From positions 1-64,000 of the IMG/VR virus record IMGVR_UViG_3300037230_000036: a DNA stretch of 64,000 nucleotides; one strand, written 5' to 3'. Shown here one piece after another: positions 1 to 8,038 of the stretch (its first letter is position 1; every line of letters starts with the position of its first letter). The position numbers and the translations under genes are program-made. Source of the stretch: a virus. The notes beneath the pieces are model-generated. The model was given only the letters and a program-made list of their open reading frames with translations, searched no databases and had not been told where the DNA came from.

Positions 1-1627
1 CACCGGCACGACATGGGTGATCGTCGGCAGCCTCGATTACGTCAACAACATCTGGTCCCCTCCGGCGGGGGGCGCCGGCATTGCGACGCTCGCCAGCGCT
101 CCGACGACGGACCTCGGATCGGTCAGCAATTCTGTCGTCGCGATCACCGGTTCGGCGAACATCACCTCATTCGGCACAACGGCCGTCGCCGGGACGATCC
201 GCTTCCTCCGGTTTATCGGCACGCCGACGCTCGCCTACAACTCGTCGACCCAGTTGATCCCGGGGGCGGCGAGCATCGTGACCGCGATGAACGATACGGC
301 GGTCGCCATCGCGCTCGGCGGGGGTGCCTGGCAGATCGCCTCCTACCAGCCGGCGCTTTCGCTTTATGCGTCCCTGGTCTCCCCGGTCTTCAGCGGGACT
401 CCCACGGCGCCAACGGCATCTCCCGGCACCGATACGCTGCAGCTTGCGACGACCGCCTTCGTGGCGACCTCGTTTGCGCCGATCAATTCGCCGACCTTTA
501 CCGGAACCCCGACAGCGCCGACGCCGGGGGCCGGCGACAACTCGACCAAACTCGCGACCACCGGGTTCATCACGCCGACCTTCGCGCCGCTGGCATCTCC
601 TGCCCTCAGCGGCATCCCAACGGCCCCGACTGCGGCGCAGGGAGACAACACGACGCAGATCGCGACTGATGCCTTCGTTACTGGTGGCGCCTTCGCGCCG
701 CTCGCGTCGCCAGCATTCACCGGCATTCCGACGGCCCCCACCGCCGTCCTGGGCACCAACACGACGCAACTCGCAACGACCGCCTTTGTGATCGCCAACG
801 CGGCCACCACTGTCTCCCCGACCTTTACCGGAACTGTGACGCTGCCGGATGGATCGACGTGGGGATCCGGGGGGCTCACGGCGACGGGAAACCCGATCGC
901 CACCAGTGCGTTGGGGCAGATTTCGACGCTGACGCTTCTTGGAAACGCGACAGGGGGGACTGCAAATGTCGCGTCTCTAACCGGGGGCGCGGTATCCGGC
1001 ATCCTCTGCCAGCGCCAGCGTGCTGTCGAGACGAGTGGCACCGGAACCTACACGACCCCGACCTGCAATGGCGTCACGGCAACGTGGGTTTCCGTCTGGG
1101 CGTGCGGCGCCGGCGGCGGCGGCGGGGGCTCTGGCTCCGGTTCTACCAATGGCGGCACTGGCGGAGCTACGACGTTCGGACCGCTGACCGCAAATGGCGG
1201 GATCGGGTCCGTGGCTAGTTCGTCCAACGGAGGAGGTGGGGGAACTGCCTCCGGCGGTGATGTCAATGTCACTGGAGCGGCCGGCGGTCCCGCCGCCGTC
1301 ACAGCGACGACCAACCTATTCTCCGGCGGATCGGGCGGCAGTTCGGTCTTAGGAGGGCGCGGGGCCGGCGGAAATGATGCGGGAGCCGGCCTAGCGGCCG
1401 CTGCTAATTCTTGCTCTGGCGGCGGAGGGCCAGGATCAAACGGAACAGGGTTCGCAGTGGGGGGAGGCGGAGCCGGCGGGTTTTCTGAGTTGTTGATTTT
1501 GGCCCCCTCTGCGACCTATTCCTACGGCGTGGGGGGCGCCGGAAGCGCTGGGAGCTCCGGCTCTGGCGGTCTGGCTGGCGGAGCAGGCGGCGCGGGTCTC
1601 ATCCTCGTCGACGCCGGATGGCAGTGA
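1..1627 (+). CDS. Tail fibre protein (5' truncated by window edge)
   Basis: Frame is open from the window start; four repeats of SPxFTGxPTAPT...NTTQLATTAFV typical of phage fibres; Gly-rich C-terminal domain. Confidence 0.8.
   Translation, partial: TGTTWVIVGSLDYVNNIWSPPAGGAGIATLASAPTTDLGSVSNSVVAITGSANITSFGTTAVAGTIRFLRFIGTPTLAYNSSTQLIPGAASIVTAMNDTAVAIALGGGAWQIASYQPALSLYASLVSPVFSGTPTAPTASPGTDTLQLATTAFVATSFAPINSPTFTGTPTAPTPGAGDNSTKLATTGFITPTFAPLASPALSGIPTAPTAAQGDNTTQIATDAFVTGGAFAPLASPAFTGIPTAPTAVLGTNTTQLATTAFVIANAATTVSPTFTGTVTLPDGSTWGSGGLTATGNPIATSALGQISTLTLLGNATGGTANVASLTGGAVSGILCQRQRAVETSGTGTYTTPTCNGVTATWVSVWACGAGGGGGGSGSGSTNGGTGGATTFGPLTANGGIGSVASSSNGGGGGTASGGDVNVTGAAGGPAAVTATTNLFSGGSGGSSVLGGRGAGGNDAGAGLAAAANSCSGGGGPGSNGTGFAVGGGGAGGFSELLILAPSATYSYGVGGAGSAGSSGSGGLAGGAGGAGLILVDAGWQ
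370..840 (+). repeat. Four tandem ~37-codon repeats within the tail fibre gene
   Basis: SPVFSGTPTAPT / SPTFTGTPTAPT / SPALSGIPTAPT / SPAFTGIPTAPT, each followed by an LATTAFV-like segment. Confidence 0.85.
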
Positions 1628-1631
1628 CGCG

Positions 1632-2405
1632 ATGTCCTATGACTACACCGAGTTCGTAACCTCGCTCCAGACGGAGCTCGTCATCCAGGACCCCAGCGGC
1701 ATCGCCAATCTCGCCATCGTGCTGCCGCGGATCATCGAGTACGCCGAGCTTCGGATGTACCGCGAGTTCGACTTCCTCGCGACGCGGACTCGGGACAGCA
1801 CGCAGCAGAGCACCATCGGCATCCGGCAGGTGCCGATCCCGCCGCAGCTTCTCGTCATCGAAGAGGTCTCCGTTGTCATCCCCGCCGGTGCACAACCGGC
1901 CGATGCTGGCGCCGAGCGGGTTACACTGCTGCGGACCTCGCGCCAGTTTCTCGACCTGACCTGGCCGCAGGAGAGTCTGACATCCCCGCCGGTGCCGTTC
2001 GAGACCTACTACGCCATCTTCAGCGAGCAGGAGCAGGCCGACGAAGGAACCGGCAATATCCCGAACGCCGTCCTCATCGGCCCGACGCTTGATGGCAACT
2101 ACCACGTCGAGTTCGCCGGCACCTTCCGGCCGCAGCCGCTGTCGGAGGGGAACCCGAACACGATCCTGACGGCGCTCTTCCCCGATGCGTTTTTTGCTGC
2201 GGCGATGATTTCGGCCGCGGGCTACCAGCGCGACTACGGGCGCCAGTCGGATGACCCGCAGATGGCGATGTCGTGGGAGGCTATCTACCAAGGCCTGAAG
2301 CCTGGGATCACGATCGAAGAGGGCCGCAAGCTCTCGCTTTCAGTCAATGCGACTACGGCCCAGCCACGCCTGGCGAACTCCGCCGCGCCACCTGCTGGGC
2401 AATGA
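1632..2405 (+). CDS. Head-tail adaptor / tail tubular-like protein
   Basis: Position in the structural operon; IIEYAELRMYRELDF-like segment typical of podovirus adaptors. Confidence 0.55.
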   Translation: MSYDYTEFVTSLQTELVIQDPSGIANLAIVLPRIIEYAELRMYREFDFLATRTRDSTQQSTIGIRQVPIPPQLLVIEEVSVVIPAGAQPADAGAERVTLLRTSRQFLDLTWPQESLTSPPVPFETYYAIFSEQEQADEGTGNIPNAVLIGPTLDGNYHVEFAGTFRPQPLSEGNPNTILTALFPDAFFAAAMISAAGYQRDYGRQSDDPQMAMSWEAIYQGLKPGITIEEGRKLSLSVNATTAQPRLANSAAPPAGQ

Positions 2406-3246
2406 GCGCTGCAAGATGACGTTCGACAGCCCCCAGAAACGCCACGGCAGCAGGTGCGGACTCGTCGAAGGTGCCAAGAAACACGGAGTGTCGATCCAGC
2501 TTTATGTTGGCCTCCCATCGTCCACGCCGGAACCGGACGCCCTTGATTCCAGAGGCCCCGGCCGCACGGAGATCGCTAAGGCGACGCCGGGTCATCTCGA
2601 TTTTCGCATCCAACGAAATCGGCACCGCTGGCTTCCCCTTCTTCGCACGGCTGATCTTCTCGCCGGTTCCAGGTCGACGCTTCCGCCCGCGATTGGCGGC
2701 GGCTGTCTTGGCAATGGCAGCGAGCGAGCGTTTTCGTCCCCGCCTCGTTTCCGCGCCGCGCTCGATTGCCTCTCGCGACTGCTTTTTGCGCGGAGCCCCC
2801 GGCAGCTTGCGAGGCCGCTTAGGTCCGTCTACACCTTTCCAGTGGGCTCTCCCCATTCGCTCGCGCTGCTCCAGGGTGAAGATGCGACCCTTATTCGCGC
2901 GCGATATCCGGTCCCTGCTCTCTTGGGCCATTCCGTCGGACCCTTCGCCACCGAGCGTCATGTTGTAGCCGTAGGGGATAAAAGACCGATAGGACGCGAT
3001 CATGGCGCGCTCGACCGCAACGGCCTCGCGCAGGTTCACGGCCTCATAGATCATCTCAACATAGAATCGTTTAGCCCCGTACTTCATGATGGCTCGGTGA
3101 AATACCGCAGCGTGCCGGCCCTTTTTGTGGCTGTGCCGCGCGTTGTAGACATGCCACTTCCAGCGGACGGCGATCATCTGCCTCGTGATCCCGAAATAGA
3201 GCTTTCCGTTGTCGAGATTGAGCGCTCGGTAAACGCGCCAGAGCAT
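2353..3246 (-). CDS. Free-standing GIY-YIG homing endonuclease with NUMOD3 repeats and C-terminal AP2 domain
   Basis: VYRALNLDNGKLYFGIT (GIY-YIG), GYNMTLGGEG, several S..TR.KIS.A.KG-type NUMOD3 repeats, SGIKGVRF..GRWEANI..VFLGTF (AP2); start at 3246 or 3282. Confidence 0.85.
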   Translation of the reverse strand: MLWRVYRALNLDNGKLYFGITRQMIAVRWKWHVYNARHSHKKGRHAAVFHRAIMKYGAKRFYVEMIYEAVNLREAVAVERAMIASYRSFIPYGYNMTLGGEGSDGMAQESRDRISRANKGRIFTLEQRERMGRAHWKGVDGPKRPRKLPGAPRKKQSREAIERGAETRRGRKRSLAAIAKTAAANRGRKRRPGTGEKISRAKKGKPAVPISLDAKIEMTRRRLSDLRAAGASGIKGVRFRRGRWEANIKLDRHSVFLGTFDESAPAAVAFLGAVERHLAALIAQQVARRSSPGVAGP

Positions 3247-3280
3247 ATCATCATGTCTCTTCGCCGTTTCGGTGGCGATC

Positions 3281-4759
3281 ATGTTCACTAGGCTCCAAAT
3301 TCCTCCAGGGGTGAACGTAGAAGCTAGCGCTAGCGCGGCTGATGGACAATGGAATATCAGCAACTTAATAAGATTTTTCGCACCGGGTGGCTTCGCGGAA
3401 AAAATCGGCGGCTGGGCCAAGCTCTGCAACACCGCCGTCTTGGGGGTCTGCCGCGCGCTGCACTACTGGGTCGACCTCTCCTCGATCCGATGGTTTGCAG
3501 CCGGGACCAACAGCAACCTCTATGTCGAGTCCAGCGGGGCGCTGACCAGCATCACGCCGGCGGGGTGGCCTGGCGGTGCGGCATCAAGCGGCGCTGTCCC
3601 GTACTCGCTCCTCATCTGGAGCCTCGACAATTTCGGCGAGAACCTGCTGGCGTGTCCGAGCGGCGGCGGCATCTACAACTGGGTGCCACCTGATACCGCA
3701 GTTCCGGCGGCGATCATCGCGACGGCGCCAGCCGCGAACCAGGGCGTCTTCGTCTCGGCGTCGCAGCAGATCGCCATCGCCTTCGGGGCGACGCCGCTGG
3801 GCGGCTCCGAGATGGACCCGATGCTGGTGCGGTGGTCGGATCAGAGCGACGATACCGACTGGATCCCGAGCACGACGAATCAGGCCGGCTCCTTCCGATT
3901 GAGCCGCGGCAGCCGGATCGTTTCCGGGCTATCGGCCCAGCTCAGCAACTTCATCTGGACCGACCTCGACCTCTGGCAGATGCAGTACATCGGCTTCCCG
4001 CTGGTCTACGGCTTCATCCCGGTCGGGCTGCAATGCGGGCTTCTTGCACAGAACGCCGTCGTCGTCCTCGGCGAAACGGTCTACTGGATGTCGGATCACG
4101 GCTTCTTTGTCTACTCCGGCTCCGGGGTGACGCCGATCCCCTGCTCGGTCTGGGATGTCGTCTACAAGAACCTCGACGACGCCAATGCCGACAAGTGCGT
4201 CACGCTTTCCAACTTCCTCTTCAACGAAATCTGGTTCTTCTATCCGTCGCTGAGCGGGGGAACCGGCGAGATCGACTCCTACGTCAAATACAACATCGTG
4301 ACGCAGGCATGGGATTACGGTTCCCTCATTCGCACCGCCGGCACCGATGCCAACAAGCCGAGCGGCCCGGTCTGGGTCGATCAGAACGGCTACCTGCAAC
4401 AGCACGAGAACGGGGTCGACGCCGATGGCGAGGCGATGACCGGAGTGCTGATCCGCAGCGGGTACACGCATCTGTCGCAGGGGCAGGACTTCCTTTTCAT
4501 CGACAGCTTTATCCCCGACTTCCTCTGGACTAATTCGACGGCTAACCCACCATCGGTCACCGTTACGCTGTACTTCCGGAACTGGCCCGGCGACACCCCG
4601 ACGACCGAGGGACCCTTCACCGTGACCCCAACGACCGAGTACATTACGTTCCGAACCCGCGCCCGCGAGGTCGCCATCGAGGTCGAGTGCAGTGCGCTCG
4701 GGGTCTGGTTCCGGCTCGGGCTGCCGTTTCTCCGGACACAGCCGGCAGGGAGGGTCTGA
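3281..4759 (+). CDS. Tail nozzle / packaged-DNA stabilisation protein (P22 gp10-like)
   Basis: Trp-rich beta protein with WSLDNFGE, VRWSDQ, NQAGSFRL and EIWFFYPS motifs; follows the adaptor. Confidence 0.7.
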   Translation: MFTRLQIPPGVNVEASASAADGQWNISNLIRFFAPGGFAEKIGGWAKLCNTAVLGVCRALHYWVDLSSIRWFAAGTNSNLYVESSGALTSITPAGWPGGAASSGAVPYSLLIWSLDNFGENLLACPSGGGIYNWVPPDTAVPAAIIATAPAANQGVFVSASQQIAIAFGATPLGGSEMDPMLVRWSDQSDDTDWIPSTTNQAGSFRLSRGSRIVSGLSAQLSNFIWTDLDLWQMQYIGFPLVYGFIPVGLQCGLLAQNAVVVLGETVYWMSDHGFFVYSGSGVTPIPCSVWDVVYKNLDDANADKCVTLSNFLFNEIWFFYPSLSGGTGEIDSYVKYNIVTQAWDYGSLIRTAGTDANKPSGPVWVDQNGYLQQHENGVDADGEAMTGVLIRSGYTHLSQGQDFLFIDSFIPDFLWTNSTANPPSVTVTLYFRNWPGDTPTTEGPFTVTPTTEYITFRTRAREVAIEVECSALGVWFRLGLPFLRTQPAGRV

Positions 4760-5229
4760 TGACCGGTACGCCTTATGGGACAGCCGCCGGTCCGGGCTCC
4801 GCTGCGGCCAACCAAGTCATCAACGCCTCGCAGGTCGCGCAGACCCTGCAGAACCTCGTGATATCGGTCAACGCGATCCTGGCGCAGCTGACGCAGATCA
4901 CGCCGGCGCTGGTGCGGGGCAGTGGGCAGGGCGGCTTCACCGCGCACGCCGGCGGCGGACAGGGCAGCGCCGTTGTTCTCACCGCGCAATTCAACGAGGT
5001 CGCCACCGTCGCCACCGCAGCGGACAGCGCCGCGCTGCTGACCTCGACGCCGGGACTCTGGCAGGGCGTGCAGAATGCGGGCGCCCATGCGCTGCAGCTG
5101 TTCGGCCAGGGCGCCGACACCATCAACGGATCGCCGGCCGGCACCGGCGTCTCGATCCCGGCCGGACATTCGGCGATCTGCTTCTGCGCGGTCGCCGGCA
5201 AATGGGCGATGGTGCCGTTCGCGCCATGA
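4759..5229 (+). CDS. Hypothetical virion protein
   Basis: TGATG overlap with the upstream gene; high GC at third codon positions. Confidence 0.6.
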   Translation: MTGTPYGTAAGPGSAAANQVINASQVAQTLQNLVISVNAILAQLTQITPALVRGSGQGGFTAHAGGGQGSAVVLTAQFNEVATVATAADSAALLTSTPGLWQGVQNAGAHALQLFGQGADTINGSPAGTGVSIPAGHSAICFCAVAGKWAMVPFAP

Positions 5230-5465
5230 ACGCGCTGGATCCGATCCTCGCTGAGGCCTACTCGCTGGCGCACCAAAACCGGGCGCAGGCGATCGCGTTC
5301 CTGTCGAAGGCGATCGCGGATCTGGAGATGCGCACTGCGGCGGAGAAGCGACGGCAGGAGTTGGCGCAGATCATTGCTGTCCGCACCGTGGGCGATGTCT
5401 GCGGCTGCTACGTCTCGAAGTTCTACCTCGACCTGCTGGATGGCGCGCTGGCGCCGCCATCGTGA
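5226..5465 (+). CDS. Hypothetical protein
   Basis: ATGA overlap; MNALDPILAEAY... Confidence 0.55.
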   Translation: MNALDPILAEAYSLAHQNRAQAIAFLSKAIADLEMRTAAEKRRQELAQIIAVRTVGDVCGCYVSKFYLDLLDGALAPPS

Positions 5466-5485
5466 TAGGATAGCGGCGCTGGCGT

Positions 5486-5572
5486 GCCCGCTTGGCGGAA
5501 TGGGAAGACGCGACGGATTTAAAATCCGCTGTCCTCCGGGGCTTACCGGTTCGAGTCCGGTAGCGGGCCCCA
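5486..5572 (+). tRNA. tRNA-Leu (anticodon UAA), long variable arm, encoded CCA
   Basis: Acceptor GCCCGCT/AGCGGGC, D arm GCGGAATGGGAAGACGC, anticodon loop TTTAAAA, T arm ACCGG-TTCGAGT-CCGGT, 3' C-CCA. Confidence 0.9.
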
Positions 5573-5634
5573 GCAAACTCCTGAGGTAGACGCCGCCGCG
5601 AATTGTGATACAAAGGGTCATCCGGAGGTAGCCG

Positions 5635-6195
5635 ATGGCCGATCCCATTCAGACGCAGCCGTTGATGAGCCAGGGGCGCGCTGTCCGCACCTCTCCCGCG
5701 CTACCGGTTCACGCCCGCCGCGGAGCCTTCATGCCGGAGCCCGGGGGCTTCCTTCTGGTGACGCTGCCGGGTGAGGCGGTCCGGGCAACGGTCGAGGAAA
5801 TCTTCGGCGACGACATTGTGACGGTGCGGCTCATCGGGACCGTCATGGCGAAGACCGGCCACGCCTACAAGACCAACGACCTCATCGCAGTCCGTCGCAT
5901 GGATCGCGAGCTCAAGGAGACCTGGGAGCCCGTCACCGACCGCGAGGGACGGGAGCAGGAGGAGCGGGAGCGCGCCGTTACCGCGGCCCGGAGGGATGCC
6001 GCGCAGGTTGCCGCAGCCCCGGAGCCGGTAGCCGTCGCTGCCCCGGTTGCGCCGGCACCAGACCTTGCGGACTCAGCGTCGTTTCCGCCGCGGCCAGTGG
6101 TTGCCGAGCCGGTGCGCGCGGTCGAGCCGGTTCCGGCGCTCGCTCCGCGGCGTGTGCTGGGGCCGCGGCGCAGCAAAATCGCGAGGTCGGCATGA
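5635..6195 (+). CDS. Hypothetical protein
   Basis: GGAGG RBS; coding-like codon bias. Confidence 0.6.
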   Translation: MADPIQTQPLMSQGRAVRTSPALPVHARRGAFMPEPGGFLLVTLPGEAVRATVEEIFGDDIVTVRLIGTVMAKTGHAYKTNDLIAVRRMDRELKETWEPVTDREGREQEERERAVTAARRDAAQVAAAPEPVAVAAPVAPAPDLADSASFPPRPVVAEPVRAVEPVPALAPRRVLGPRRSKIARSA

Positions 6196-6473
6196 GCGAG
6201 GGGGTGAATCCTGGCGGCTTTTGCGAAAAGCACGGCCACTCATTCGTCCTGTGCTGCAAAGATTGCGGCATGGAAGCCTCGGCTTTCCATGACGCGCTCG
6301 ACGACCAACTTTACCGCAACTCGGACTACGCGCATCTCGCCATCACCGACGAGAAGGGCGAGAGCCGTTGCATCAAGGTCCCGGTGTGGTTCGGCGGCGA
6401 GGGGGAACAGTTGAAGCCCTCGTCATTTGGCGTCTCGTCATTCAAACTCCTGCGGTTCGAGTCTGCGAGGTAA
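6192..6473 (+). CDS. Hypothetical Cys/His-rich protein
   Basis: ATGA overlap; CEKH...CCKDC. Confidence 0.5.
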   Translation: MSEGVNPGGFCEKHGHSFVLCCKDCGMEASAFHDALDDQLYRNSDYAHLAITDEKGESRCIKVPVWFGGEGEQLKPSSFGVSSFKLLRFESAR

Positions 6474-6476
6474 GCC

Positions 6477-7394
6477 ATGCCGTGGGCCACAGGTGATGAG
6501 TTCGCTGACCGGCACAACCACAAGCTGATGGGGCCTGCCGCGACGAAGGCCGCTCATATGGCGACGGCGATGGTCAGCTCCGGGGTCCCCGAGGGCGAGG
6601 CGATCGCCACGGCAAATAAGCATGGCAACGGCATGATGCACGATCAGCGCGCCCTCGGCGGCGGCCTCAAAAGCGAATCCTTCCACCTCGGCTCACCCGG
6701 CACGATGAAGCTCCCGACCGATCCGGGGTTCGGCAAGACGACCAGCCCGAGTCAGGGGTCGCCGTGGTGGACGCGGTCGGAGGCCCGCAGCGGGACACAT
6801 GCCGGGTTCCAGTACGGTGGCGATATCGGCATGGGTATGGGCCTCTCCTCGGCGGCCGGTGAGCAGCGGTATCCGGACCAGCAGTTCGACTCGGGGCTGA
6901 TCGGGGGCGGCGGGTTTGGTCGCACCGATCGGCTCCCTTTGAGCGTAGCTGCCGGGAGTCATGTTCTTCCGGCTGATGTCGTAAGCGGGCTCGGCCAGGG
7001 CAATACGCTCGCTGGAGCAAAGGTTCTTGAGGCATCGCTTGCGACCGGTCCCTGGGGTATGCGCATCCCACATGAGGATCGTGGGCATGGGCCGCCTCGC
7101 GCGCCCACGGTGCCATCGTTCCTGCAGCCGCAGGCCGGTGGCGGCGATCCGCACTCGACCTCGATCCTTGCGGCGGCTGGCGAAATTGTCGTCCCGAGCC
7201 GTGATGTTGTTGCCCTCGGCGAGCGTGCCATTGCGCAGGGTCTCGGCAAAAAGGGCCAGTCTGCTGCCGATGTCGGTCACGATCTCCTTGACCGGATGAT
7301 CCACAACGTCCGCCAGTTCAACATCGCGTGGCTTCAGAAGGCACCGCCGCCGAAAAGGTCTATGGGCGGCGCGGTCTTCGGGGCTGCGGTATAG
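6477..7394 (+). CDS. Putative internal virion protein
   Basis: GRTDRLP..GSHVLPADVVSGLGQGNTLAGA motif typical of podovirus internal proteins; GG motifs shared with 8039..12967. Confidence 0.6.
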   Translation: MPWATGDEFADRHNHKLMGPAATKAAHMATAMVSSGVPEGEAIATANKHGNGMMHDQRALGGGLKSESFHLGSPGTMKLPTDPGFGKTTSPSQGSPWWTRSEARSGTHAGFQYGGDIGMGMGLSSAAGEQRYPDQQFDSGLIGGGGFGRTDRLPLSVAAGSHVLPADVVSGLGQGNTLAGAKVLEASLATGPWGMRIPHEDRGHGPPRAPTVPSFLQPQAGGGDPHSTSILAAAGEIVVPSRDVVALGERAIAQGLGKKGQSAADVGHDLLDRMIHNVRQFNIAWLQKAPPPKRSMGGAVFGAAV

Positions 7395-7397
7395 GGC

Positions 7398-7979
7398 ATG
7401 GATGTGCTCACACAGAAGCCGAGGGCACCGCTGTCGGCCAAACCCGAGAACGTCCGCGCCGCCACCCCCGCCGACGAGGCCGCGCTGTACGACCTGCTGG
7501 TGCGCCTGCACCACCATAATTCCGATGGATGGAGCTATCCCTTCAACCCGGTGCTCGTCTCCCGGCAGATCGAGGTCGGCACGCGCCCGAACCCGGACAC
7601 CCGCACGGAACCCCGCGACAAACGCCTCGGCATGATCGGGATCATCGACGACCCGATGTATGAGGGGTTCGCCGGCACCGTGGGGATCTTCCTGCAGCAG
7701 CCGATGTGGTTCTCCGATGTGCTGGTGCCGACCGAGCTCTGGCTGTACGTCGAGCCGCGGCACCGCGGGCACGGCAACCACTACGAGGCCGATCTGATGG
7801 CCTTCGCGAAGTGGGTGCAGGCGACGATGAAGGCGAGCGCCGCGATGGCGGAGTACGGGGCGCCGTTCCCGTTGCTGACCGGGTTCATGCACCTCGGCGC
7901 CCGTTACCCCGCAATGCAGCGGCGCTGGCTACGGCTCTGCGGCGGGAAACAGGTCGGCTCGCTGTTCATGGTGGAATGA
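7398..7979 (+). CDS. GNAT-fold acetyltransferase-like morphogenesis protein
   Basis: VRAAT..D..AL, ELWLYVEPRHRG; lies before the ejection genes as in many podoviruses. Confidence 0.7.
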   Translation: MDVLTQKPRAPLSAKPENVRAATPADEAALYDLLVRLHHHNSDGWSYPFNPVLVSRQIEVGTRPNPDTRTEPRDKRLGMIGIIDDPMYEGFAGTVGIFLQQPMWFSDVLVPTELWLYVEPRHRGHGNHYEADLMAFAKWVQATMKASAAMAEYGAPFPLLTGFMHLGARYPAMQRRWLRLCGGKQVGSLFMVE

Positions 7980-8038
7980 CAGCCTGACCATTCTGCCGTA
8001 ATCTACACCGGAATTTCGGGAAATCCGGCGAGGGCGCG

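Noticed and set aside
5486-5572. tRNA as an attL/attR prophage boundary
   Set aside because: Phage genes continue on both sides; no integrase or second copy of the 3' end in the window.
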